A stretch of DNA of 64,000 nt from the human T2T-CHM13v2.0 reference genome, Homo sapiens, in assembly GCF_009914755.1 (NCBI RefSeq), contig NC_060930.1. One strand, given 5' to 3'. The position numbers and the translations under genes are program-made. Positions 14,001-29,800 of this stretch are shown here, one piece after another. Within the stretch, counting starts at the first letter, position 1. Each line of letters starts with the position of its first letter. The notes under the pieces were generated by a model, which saw nothing but the letters and a program-made list of their open reading frames with translations, made no database searches and was not told where the DNA came from.

Positions 14001-15280
14001 TTTGACTACATAAAGACAAAAATCAAGACTTTTTTCACAGGTGATTACACTACCAGTGTCATTGATCCTGCTGCTGCCTGTTTACCTCTCCAAGGTGCAT
14101 TCATTTGCTCTTATTCCAATATATTTTTGGATAAAATTACTGTGACTCAGATATGAAACCATTTTTATTGTAATGTAAATCTAAAGGATAAGCAATGTGA
14201 GTTTTCATCCTATTTGCCATAGCCTAGAAATAGACATTTTACCCTAGCATTTTCTTTTATACATAACTCGGCATAGGATACGTAAGTTTAAAAAATAAGA
14301 TATAAATACAACTGCAATGTCAATTTCCTTATTCTACATGAACTGCTTAAAATCAGTGTCCATACTTGGTTATACTACAAGATGATGCTCTAAGATTAAT
14401 TCCTTATACTCTGGAACACACGTATATATTGAGAGAATGAAGCCTGTTTAAAAGCTTCAAATGAGTTTAGTGTTCTGCATTTAGAGAAGCCCTAGTAAAA
14501 TAGCCAAAAGAAACAGCAACTGGTCCTAAAACACATCTATTGAATTCATACTCTCCAGGCAATGCTTTCTAAAATGTAAAATTTCATCAGTTCTGAATTG
14601 AAAAGATTGATCTGCTTGTCATGTTGAATAGACTCTAAAAGTAGTTTAAGCAACAATTGACCCTGAGCACAGTACTAGCGGATTCTTCTGGGCATTGGGC
14701 TGAAGACAGCTCCAGATTTCTAAGATAACTGAAATTGTCTGTGTTGTGAAAAACAGCAGAGCAGCTCACAGCAGGCTGGAATGCTCAAGAGGATTTTCAT
14801 AATTACGGCTAAGAAAAATGAGATTTACTGGAAGCTGCATTTGTATCAGTACGGCTATGTCTTTCCTCACAACTCCTTATGCTTAAAAAAATCAATTCCA
14901 TCCACTTTTCATAATTCCATTTGCTTTTTTTGTCTATCAGCCACTAAATTTAAGCTACATTACAGAAGGCAACTGTGAATCTTTTTTATTAGTGATTAAT
15001 CTATTTCTACTACCGACTTGCAATTTCTGTCAGATATTTCAAGTTCCACTCACCAAAAAGTCATAGGCATGTGCTAGAATCCACATGCTTAGCCACTGAT
15101 GAAATGTGGAGGTGAGATTCAAAGAACAACAGGTATAACAACAATGAGCAAAAGTGCATCCTCTAAATGAAGAGGAGTGCTCCACAGAACTATTCAAGAG
15201 ATGTGCACTGAATACAAAACGCACTGCATATGCCAAAATGTGTGTCCATAAATGTTATGTTAAGAACATAAACCACACAA

Positions 15281-15598
<318 letters not shown>

Positions 15599-15689
15599 TT
15601 ACATTCCTTTATATTAATAACCTTACATTCCTCTTTTCTGGCCTAGGACCAGTTTCCTCATTCTGTTATCTCAGCTTCTTACGAAGGGA

Positions 15690-16309
15690 TTTACTTTTTC
15701 TCTGTGTGAGCTTCTTGGAGCAGCAGAAGTGATGCAGCCATTCTGTAGCTCACACAAACTGTTGCTGAGCTCATGGCTCACTGTCATGGTATTGAGCAGC
15801 ATCTGGGCCCAAACTCGATCCACCTGCCCTGAATCCTCCTTCAGCGCCTCTGACTCCTGGGCCAGGTGTCAGGTTAACTCCACGATGAAGGGCCTGGCTT
15901 CTGCAGGACACACTCATCACTAGGGTCAGAGGCAACAAGAACAAACAGGGTTTCAGTCCATCTTTGCAGGGTTCCAGCTCATGCTTGTGGGTTCCAGCCT
16001 GCTTATGACCTTCCCTTCCTAACTGCTTGTGCCTTAGGCTTCGAGCTTCAGCATCAGATGTGGAGACAACAGTTCACAGTTCTGAAAGCTCCTTGTAACA
16101 AAAGCAAAGAAATTTAATTTACTCTTTCTCTCGTCTATATATATATATATATATATAAAATGTATATTAAACACATATACATACACACACATATAAAATA
16201 ACTGTATATATGTTGTCTATAGACACATATAGTTTACATATACATAGTGTATGTATACATGTTATATATATTAATATTCTACTTCTGTGGCTAAACCCTG
16301 AGTAATAGA
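15690..16309 (+). mobile_element. ERVL-class LTR, LTR41-like, with internal (TA)n expansion
   Basis: CCTGGGCCAGGTGT...GATGAAGGGC...CTGCAGGACAC, GTGGGTTCCAGC and CAGCATCAGATG...AGACAACAG motifs; ends AACCCTGAGTAATAGA. 5' boundary approximate. Confidence 0.65.
16135..16271. repeat. (TA)n and TA/CA-rich low-complexity tract
   Basis: Direct observation. Confidence 0.9.
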
Positions 16310-17892
16310 GAATTTGGTTTGAGAAAAAAGTTTTTGAAAAACCTTGTGTAATTTTATGACAGGCTTAATAGAAGGATTTCTGAGGTCTCCAAGACTGACA
16401 CTTACCACATTAACTGAAACTCCAGGAGGCATGGTATAGCCATGATCCAAGGACCAGAACACCGATGTTTGAAAATACATAATTTTCAAAGGAACAAGAG
16501 GCTTTGGAGAATACCCAAGCACAAAATTACAACTACAAGGACAGTGACTGCTCAGGAGTAAATAGTGGGCCCACTCTTGTGGTACTGAAGATCTTCAAGC
16601 AAGAAAAATGGCAGTTGTTCAGTCTTATCTTCTGAGCTCTTTTTGTGCCTTATATAGTAACCAGGTTAGATACAGCAAATGTTGCCATCTAGTAAAAAGT
16701 TACAGAAAACATACAGGGGGATAAATCTATATTTTCAACACACTGCTTTGTATGTGGATAATTGTATTTTTCATTTAAGCACAGCAGATTGGTTCACTTT
16801 ATAAGTATCAGTTAGGAACATTAATGTGATTTCTACCAAAAGGTGATTACTTTCCATTAAGTCACAGTGATGTTTCAGATCTTACCAGCAGCACCATAGT
16901 CCTTTCTATAAAGGAGTTTAGTCCTCTTAACAGGAGTTTATAGTTTGGCAGTGACACTTCTGATGTTCTGTTTCTTAAACTCAGAAGCAATTGTTCTTCA
17001 ACTGTTTTCCAATTTTTTTTCAAAAGTTAAATTTGATAACTTTTAATTTTACACAAGTTAACAGAAAAACAATTTTATTCAATATAGCTCTTCCCCAGAT
17101 AAATTCTGTATAAATAATACTGTGAGAATTTTAATATTCTGATTAAACCATGCCATAAACTATACTGGGTCAGGCACGTTTTAGAGAGGAAAAAATGTCC
17201 TCCTCTCCAAATTTAATTTTCCCTTTTATGTTTGGAACACATCTTTTGGCATCATAGATAAAATTCATATGAAAGTACATCCAGCTTATTATAGGCATGC
17301 AGCTAACTGTCTTTTCAAAGATCTTTCCATCTTATTCCTTATTAGATTATTAAACTATCATAAACTGTTTTAATCATACCACTACAAAATGACTATCCTC
17401 CAATCCACAATGCTGCTGTTATTCTGATTAAAAAGGAACTATGATGAATTAAAGTTTACTTTTGGCTCTAATACACTAATAATCAATCAAGTTTGTCTTA
17501 TTTTTGACCAATTTTATTAAAATGTTATACTGATATGGCTATACTGAAACTGAGTTTATATTCCACTTTCACCATTAGTAAATTTTACTGTAAATACGTC
17601 TATCTTTCTGACATTTCCGTAATTCTTTATGCTTTACCTAGATGTGTAGTTTATCCAAATTCAAACTAAACTATTGTTCAGTGTTACGTTACTTGGCATG
17701 GCATCTGTATTATTAAATTATAGCATTTTTTCTAACGTACTTATCATTTATGCTGTAAAAGTTCAGATTGTACTTTTTAAGAAAAAGAATTATTATTCAA
17801 TGTCAGCCAACATTGAATTGAACATTACTTTTCATTTTACAGAAGTAAAAATGAAAACATCCACGAAAAAGAAAAAGAAAGATCATTTTCGA

Positions 17893-18797
17893 GAGGAGGA
17901 GCCAAGATGGCCGAATAGGAACAGCTCCGGTCTACAGCTCCCAGCGTGAGCGACGCAGAAGACGGGTGATTTCTGCATTTCCATCTGAGGTACCGGGTTC
18001 ATCTCACTAGGGAGTGCCAGACAGTGGGCGCAGGCCAGTGGGTGCGCGCACCGGGCGCGAGCCGAAGCAGGGCGAGGCATTGCCTCACCTGGGAAGCGCA
18101 AGGGGTCAGGGAGTTCCCTTTCCGAGTCAAAGAAAGGGGTGACGGACGCACCTGGAAAATCGGGTCACTCCCACCCGAATATTGCGCTTTTCAGACCGGC
18201 TTAAAAAACGGCGCACCACGAGACTATATCCCACACCTGGCTCGGAGGGTCCTACGCCCACGGAGTCTCGCTGATTGCTAGCACAGCAGTCTGAGATCAA
18301 ACTGCAAGGCGGCAGCGAGGCCGGGGGAGGGGCGCCCGCCATTGCCCAGGCTTGATTAGGTAAACAAAGCAGCCGGGAAGCTGGAACTGGGTGGAGCCCA
18401 CCACAGCTCAAGGAGGCCTGCCTGCCTCTGTAGGCTCCACCTCTGGGGGCAGGGCACAGACAAACAAAAAGACAGCAGTAACCTCTGCAGACTTAAATGT
18501 CCCTGTCTGACAGCTTTGAAGAGAGCAGTGGTTCTCCCAGCACGCAGCTGGAGATCTGAGAACGGGCAGACTGCCTCCTCAAGTGGGTCCCCGACCTCTG
18601 ACCCCCGAGCAGCCTAACTGGGAGGCACCCCCCAGCAGGGGCACACTGACACCTCACACAGCAGGGTATTCCAACAGACCTGCAGCTGAGGGTGCTGTCT
18701 GTTAGAAGGAAAACTAACAAACAGAAAGGACATCCACGCCGAAAACCCATCTGTACATCACCATCATCAAAGACCAAAAGTAGATAAAACCACAAAG
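17893..18797 (+). promoter_or_regulatory. L1 5'UTR internal sense promoter and antisense promoter (CpG island; YY1 site at ~17903-17913)
   Basis: CAAGATGGCCG YY1 motif intact, dense CpGs, SOX-type AAACAAA sites. The ~905-bp length implies the 129-bp ZNF93-binding segment is absent. Confidence 0.9.
18127..18342 (-). CDS. LINE-1 ORF0 (primate antisense ORF in 5'UTR), 71 aa
   Basis: MAGAPPPASLPPCSLISDCCASNQRDSVGVGPSEPGVGYSLVVRRFLSRSEKRNIRVGVTRFSRCVRHPFL, starting at an internal ATG of the 18127..18411 ORF. Confidence 0.9.
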   Translation of the reverse strand: MAGAPPPASLPPCSLISDCCASNQRDSVGVGPSEPGVGYSLVVRRFLSRSEKRNIRVGVTRFSRCVRHPFL

Positions 18798-19814
18798 ATG
18801 GGGAAAAAACAGAACAGAAAAACTGGAAACTCTAAAACGCAGAGTGCCTCTCCTCCTCCAAAGGAACGCAGTTCCTCACCAGCAACGGAACAAAGCTGGA
18901 TGGAGAATGACTTTGACGAGCTGAGAGAAGAAGGCTTCAGACGATCAAATTACTCTGAGCTACGGGAGGACATTCAAACCAAAGGCAAAGAAGTTGAAAA
19001 CTTTGAAAAAAATTTAGAAGAATGTATAACTAGAATAACCAATACAGAGAAGTGCTTAAAGGAGCTGATGGAGCTGAAAACCAAGGCTCGAGAACTACGT
19101 GAAGAATGCAGAAGCCTCAGGAGCCAATGCGATCAACTGGAAGAAAGGGTATCAGCAATGGAAGATGAAATGAATGAAATGAAGCGAGAAGGGAAGGTTA
19201 GAGAAAAAAGAATAAAAAGAAATGAGCAAAGCCTCCAAGAAATATGGGACTATGTGAAAAGACCTAATCTACGTCTGATTGGTGTACCTGAAAGTGATGC
19301 GGAGAATGGAACCAAGTTGGAAAACACTCTGCAGGATATTATCCAGGAGAACTTCCCCAGTCTAGCAAGGCAGGCCAACGTTCAGATTCAGGAAATACAG
19401 AGAACGCCACAAAGATACTCCTCGAGAAGAGCAACTCCAAGACACATAATTGTCAGATTCACCAAAGTTGAAATGAAGGAAAAAATGTTAAGGGCAGCCA
19501 GAGAGAAAGGTCGGGTTACCCTCAAAGGGAAGCCCATCAGACTAACAGCGGATCTCTCGGCAGAAACCCTACAAGCCAGAAGAGAGTGGGGGCCAATATT
19601 CAACATTCTTAAAGAAAAGAATTTTCAACCCAGAATTTCATATCCAGCCAAACTAAGCTTCATAAGTGAAGGAGAAATAAAATACTTTACAGACAAGCAA
19701 ATGCTGAGAGATTTTGTCACCACCAGGCCTGCCCTAAAAGAGCTCCTGAAGGAAGCGCTAAACATGGAAAGGAACAACCGGTACCAGCCGCTGCAAAATC
19801 ATGCCAAAATGTAA
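18798..19814 (+). CDS. LINE-1 ORF1p (RNA-binding/nucleic acid chaperone), 338 aa
   Basis: MGKKQNRKTGNSKTQSASPPPKERSSSP start, coiled coil, and REKG, ARR and YPAKLS motifs present. Canonical length. Confidence 0.98.
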   Translation: MGKKQNRKTGNSKTQSASPPPKERSSSPATEQSWMENDFDELREEGFRRSNYSELREDIQTKGKEVENFEKNLEECITRITNTEKCLKELMELKTKARELREECRSLRSQCDQLEERVSAMEDEMNEMKREGKVREKRIKRNEQSLQEIWDYVKRPNLRLIGVPESDAENGTKLENTLQDIIQENFPSLARQANVQIQEIQRTPQRYSSRRATPRHIIVRFTKVEMKEKMLRAAREKGRVTLKGKPIRLTADLSAETLQARREWGPIFNILKEKNFQPRISYPAKLSFISEGEIKYFTDKQMLRDFVTTRPALKELLKEALNMERNNRYQPLQNHAKM

Positions 19815-19850
19815 AGACCATCGAGACTAGGAAGAAACTGCATCAACTAA

Positions 19851-23705
<3,855 letters not shown>

Positions 23706-24919
23706 ACAATGAGATCACATGGACACATGAAGGGGAATATCACACTCTGGGGACTGTGGTGGGGTGGGGGGAGCAGGGAGGGATAGCATTGGGAGATATA
23801 CCTAAGGCTAGATGACGAGTTAGTGGGTGCAGCGCACCAGCATGGCACATGTATACATATGTAACTAACCTGCACAATGTGCACATGTACCCTAAAACTT
23901 AAAGTATAATAAAAAAAAAAAAGAAAAAGAAAGAAGTATCAATATTTTTAAAAATAAAAAGGAAATATGAGTCATAATGTAGTCATTTTTGAGGGAAGGC
24001 ACTGGTATCCAGATATCATAAAACTATGAAATATAGAAAGCATTCGTCTTCAACATTCTCAAGTTTCTTACCACCAACTTTATTTTGTATAATAGTTGGA
24101 AAATAATCGGATAGTTTAAGTTGAAGTTAGAAGAACCCAACTTTTCTATTCATGTTTTGGTACCTGTCTTGCCTAAGGGGAAACAGTATGAATCTTCCAT
24201 TATTTAAAAAACGAATCTTTTTTGTGACGATGGCGACTGCCATATATTAATTGCCTCCTGGCCATGCTTAGGTAAAATTTACCTAGAAGTCCAACCAGGG
24301 GATGGAATTCTGGGAATTTACCAAGCCTGCTCCATAGAGGTGGTATGAATGAATCTTTCTCTTCAATTTGAGAGGTAGCACCTTCACTTCTTCTGGATAC
24401 CACAGCCGTAGAGTCACTGTAGACCTTTTTATTAAGGTGCTCAAAGTACTTGATTAAATCAGCACACTTATTCTAAAAAAATACCAACTCTAAACAACAA
24501 AACGAAAACAATTTCAAATAATAATATCCTGCACACCAGACACTTTGAAGAATATAGTAGACTTTTTTTTTTTTTTTTGCTTTCAACAAAGGCATGCTAA
24601 GTTTAAGAAAACAGGACATATATATTTTTCAACTTTGGCTCTAGTCATAATTGGAAACAAAGTACACTTTTACTTATATATTTGTTAGAAGAATGAACAA
24701 AAAGATAATTACCATAGAAGAACTGCATAGCAATATGGAAAATAAGCAATGAAGAAATTCAGAGACTGGAGACAACAAATTGGTTTGGGATAATTAAGAA
24801 AGGCTAAACAGCAATGAAGCTTGAACTGAATCTATAAATATGGTAAAACTGAGATTAGTAGAGAGGAATAAGCAGGGTTTTCTAGGAAGATGAAAAGACA
24901 TAGATAAAAGTGTGGTAGT

Positions 24920-25305
24920 GGGGAGCCCCAAAATTTCAATGTAAAACCATCAGATTTGTTTCTTGGTAATGTAATAGATCAATGTAGATATTCCTGATTG
25001 GTATATTTTCTCCACTTCATGATTCAGGTATCTAGGGTCGTTCCATGTTGGAGTCCCGCTGTCTCCCAAGGCCTCAGAGTCTTCTCATCTAGCCAGGATA
25101 CACCCACTTGTCAAGCTCCTTGGCCTGGAACAGATATCCATCACTTCCATTCACACTCCATTGGTGAGAACTGGACACATGGTCTCACCTGGATTTAAGC
25201 AGAAACTGGAAAATGTAGCCCCGAGCTAGGCTGTCACTTGGTGACAATTCCAGGCTATGAAAGAGGAGCATGCATTTTGATGAACTGCTCTCTATCTCTG
25301 CCTCA
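24920..25305 (-). mobile_element. Old MaLR LTR (MLT1J/K-like) within L2-like sequence
   Basis: CATCACTTCCATTCACACTCCATTGGTGAGAACTGGACACATGG...CTGGAAAATGTAG...TCTCTGCCTCA. Confidence 0.65.
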
Positions 25306-26534
25306 CCAAGCCTGCCAGCCTGCCAAGAAAGTACAGAAGATGAAATGTCCATCTTTTTCAAAGTCACCCAATCGAGCAGAGGGGTGGTTCTTAAAGATTT
25401 TACTGAGTTATTGGAAGCTGGGGAAATTTCTAAGTTATAGAATTAAACAATCAGAGCAGCATTTTAAAAAGAGAATATGCACAGCAATATTTAGCAGGAT
25501 TGCAGGTAGAATAAATGTTTCCAGACAAGACAAGAGGGCTGGCGGAGGGTATAGAAAACACTGGTAAAAATTTAAGATACATTTCTAAGAATGAAACAAA
25601 TCTGGTGCATAATTAGAATGGGCTTGGGGAATGGAAAGAAGGCAGACAAAGGAGAGAGGTAAGTTAAGGAAGATTTTGAACATTCAAACTTACATGATAG
25701 TACCCCTGAGGACAATTAGGAAGTAATTTTAGAGTGAAGAAGATGAGTTTGAGAACACGTTCAGATGTCCCATAGAAGCATCTACATGGAGCTATATAGC
25801 CAGTAGTCACACAAGGCAAGACGAAGATAAGAAAGGATCATGAAAAGATGCCGCATTTCCTGATTTTCACCACTGTGAAATTTTTTCCGGACTACTATAG
25901 TATCTACAAGAGGCAAATGAACTATTCCATGACATGGCAAATCCATTCTTTTTTGCCCATCTACACAATCGATACCAATCGCCACAGCCAAATTGATCTG
26001 GCTGCAATTCACATCAATTCTTAGAAGGCTGAAAGGAATGGATTGGCTGTGCCATAGGCCAGCCATTTCACATCCTCAGACATGCCCTCTTCTGCCTCAA
26101 GAGTTGTTAGGCCAGTGGAAGAAGGGACCAAGGTTGCCACTCTATTCATTCATTCAGGCTCTAATATCACATTTAACTTCTAACCTAGAAGTTAACTTAA
26201 CCACAGCTGCTTAAGTAATTTTGATGTGAAAATTAAGTATCAATTTGTTTCAATGTTGTAAAACTAATAATTTTTTAGCATCTTCTGTGTGTCCCGTCTT
26301 GGACAAAGTAAAGTTTATTAAATGGAAGATACTCTAATGGGAAACAAAGAGAAGCATGCCAACATACAATTGCTATGCAACTCCATTCAAGCCCCTACAG
26401 TCCTATCGGAGAGAAGAAAGTTATGTATTAAATATGTCCTTTATATTAGGTCTTGCTCTACTGTGGTTCTGTCATTTGCATCTCAGATTAGCCTTGACAT
26501 AAGCATTATATCTTTATTTTAAAAGAACTTAATA

Positions 26535-26838
<304 letters not shown>

Positions 26839-29800
26839 TTACTAGTGTACCTAGTGATAGACCTAGTAAGTGATAGAGATGGCACTTAAAGTTTTGAAAA
26901 TGTGACCCAAAGCCAGGGTGTTTTGGCACTACAAAGCCTTTCCTAAGGCTCTAACTAGGCCCATTAAAGGAGCCATGTAAAGAGCCAATTCCTGCTGCCA
27001 TATAACCAAAACTCTCAAACCAGCATTCTGCACCCCTTTATTTCTGACACAGAGAATCAATTCAAGAGTTAAAAACAAAAAATATATTTCCTGGACATGT
27101 AATCATATGAAGGTGGAATTGAATAATTATTTTGAAACCAAAGTAGAGTGAAGGGCAAGAGTGTAAACTCCAGTTTACTCCTGGTTCATCAGTTTTGTCT
27201 GTGAAGCAGTCTTGAATTTGCCAAATGTGGTAAGATGTGTTCTTGACAAGGCAGAAAAATATATAGCCATCTACTCAAGAAAGCAAATCTCCTGTGAGGT
27301 CCAAGTCAGTCTTTGACCCACAGGACATTTTTCTATGCTCCTGCATAGACAGGCTGAACCAAGAGAGCACAGAGGATGTCAGCAGGTGAAGTCCTTAATG
27401 TCTGAACAAGACACGGTAGTATCCCCAAGATCGCCTCTAGTAGGTGTGCTATGTGGCATCACAGTGCAATTCCCTGGGGGAAGTGCCAAGGTCAGGCTGG
27501 TTGGCCAGTTTGAAATCTGATTGCCCATCCAAATAAGGTTAGGCAAAAGAGTTCAAGGATCAAAGTCAATGTGGACAGAGATTAAGGAAAAACTGAAGAG
27601 AGAGGAAATGTGAAGCACAAGCAATGGGAAACAAAGGCTGTTTTGTTGTTTTTTTAATCTAGTGTCATAGCAGAGCCAGGGAGGATTTTAAAAACTGGCC
27701 ATGGAGCAAAAACATTATTTAACCTTGCAAGCTGAAATATCCACAGGCTGTGAAAGATCAAGGAAAATAAAAAGAATATTGTTATTGCGAGAACATCACA
27801 AAGAGAGGCACCATCCTGGAGTCACCCCTGAAACAAATAACAGAATGAGCTCAATCAGTTTCTCTATAAGCCTTTGCTATTTCCTCCCCCCACACCCCCA
27901 GCACACACTCCAGGTCAAGTAGCAGATCATTTCTTTTATAAAATTCACTAGAATATGTGCCCTTTCTTTGTATTACATTTCCTCAAAACCACAAAATAAA
28001 CTGTACTATGGAGTGTTTTAATTTCCTATCATATTTGGAAAATCATGCTAATAAGATATTTAGTGAAGAGAGTAGTTGCCCAATAAGTGGCAATAATCTT
28101 TTATGAGTGCCACTGTGAACACGATGAACAAATATGTTGACTTTGAAAGTTCTAGTCTTACCACGAGTGCAAGAACAATGACACAAATATTCATTTAGAT
28201 GAATGCTTACCATGCTTGGCCTTATCATTTTGAGCTACCCACATTTCAATTTCCCTAGTTATGCTCAGAAACTATAGTTTGTGATGGAAAGCAAGAGAAG
28301 GATACTGTTGCCATGGTAGCAAAAACATTTTTTTCTTCCTCAAAAATAGTATGTTAGAGACCAGTGGGGGTAAAAAATGATGCTAACTGTACTTGCAGAG
28401 AAAATTAAATTTAAATACAACTTCTTGTAATTTTATCAAGTGCTGTTTAGATATATTTTCCAGTTAAATGTGCAAGGATGCCTTACAATGGGCTTACCAG
28501 TTAAAGGACAAGTTACTTTTCTCTGCTTTGAGCAGGTTGTTCAACATGCAGAATATAACTTTTAAAATGCATGAATGAAAGGGTGCAGATTTACAATTGT
28601 ATAAAAGGATATTCAAAATAAGTTTTTAAAAGCTGCCTTAGCTTAATATAGCTAATAAAAAAATGACAAACAAGCAACTAGAACAATAACAACAATAAAG
28701 AAAATGACTGTTATCCTTCTGAATTCCTTTGCCTGTCATTCAAATGGGATATTACCCTTTTCAGGACTGGCTGAATAACTCAAACTAATGTACCAACCTG
28801 TGCTGCTTACATTCCCTAGTGCATTCCATTTTGGTGTTATTACTTTTGCAGCCACTACATTGGCTTCTTGCAAAATAGAATCTCTAAAATTTTCCTGCAT
28901 TCAATGAGCTGTTGAGGTTTTCTAATAAGAAAACACAACACTAATGCTGCTGTCTTAATTCTGTGCATTACTTTCCCGCCAAATTCAGAAGCATGCCGAT
29001 GTCACTACAAGCAATCCATTAGAATTACAGTCACCTCTGCAGCTGTTGCTGTTATAGTTCCTACTCCTACATTGCCCATCCTCAGCATATTTTCTCTTTT
29101 ATGTACTAAGATGAATGTCAGTGTTAGGTCTTCAGAGGAGCAGGTGATCTTTTTACTGCATATTCGAAAACATGTTCTTACCTCTTGTTTCTATTCCATG
29201 ACAAAAATTCTAATTCAGAAATGTTCATTTTTCACACAAATGCCCTTGAGAAAATCAGCCCAAGACATGTCTTAATGTAATGATCACTTGCAAATTATCA
29301 CATGTAAATGTACTTAAGATATTCCTAATTGCATTGTTTATTCTTCCTACTGTGTTCATTTTACCAATGTATTTATTGAGATTTATTTAGAAACAAATCT
29401 ATTCCCAGTCTTTATTATCGTGAAGCCAGCATATTATGTGAGACATATCTCCCAAACATTTTCTACTGAACAAAGAATGAACAAACTGTTTACTGTAATA
29501 CAGTGACCAATTATATTACTATTTCCTGGGAGAAATGAAAAGCACGGTCATTACAGCTCAGTTTGGCTATGGGGAAGACTTTCTGTCTGGTCAATGTTTT
29601 TCTTCAGAGCCAACACAGTGCATCACTGTCTTTTCTTTTGTGATTACAATCAAGTGCATTTACAAATACAGAGAAACCAAAATGATCTTTGGAAAATAGA
29701 CATATGAGATTTATCCCAAACCAGGATCCTATAGGGCCCAAGAAAAAACAAAGCATATTTTGGTTCTCTGAGGAAGAGTCACAGTTAAAAGGAGGTCTGT

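Noticed and set aside
16683-16697. TGCCATCTAGTAAAA partial CTCF motif
   Set aside because: Lacks the CC core positions (TTTACTAGATGGCA on the minus strand) and lies in a probable ERVL remnant.
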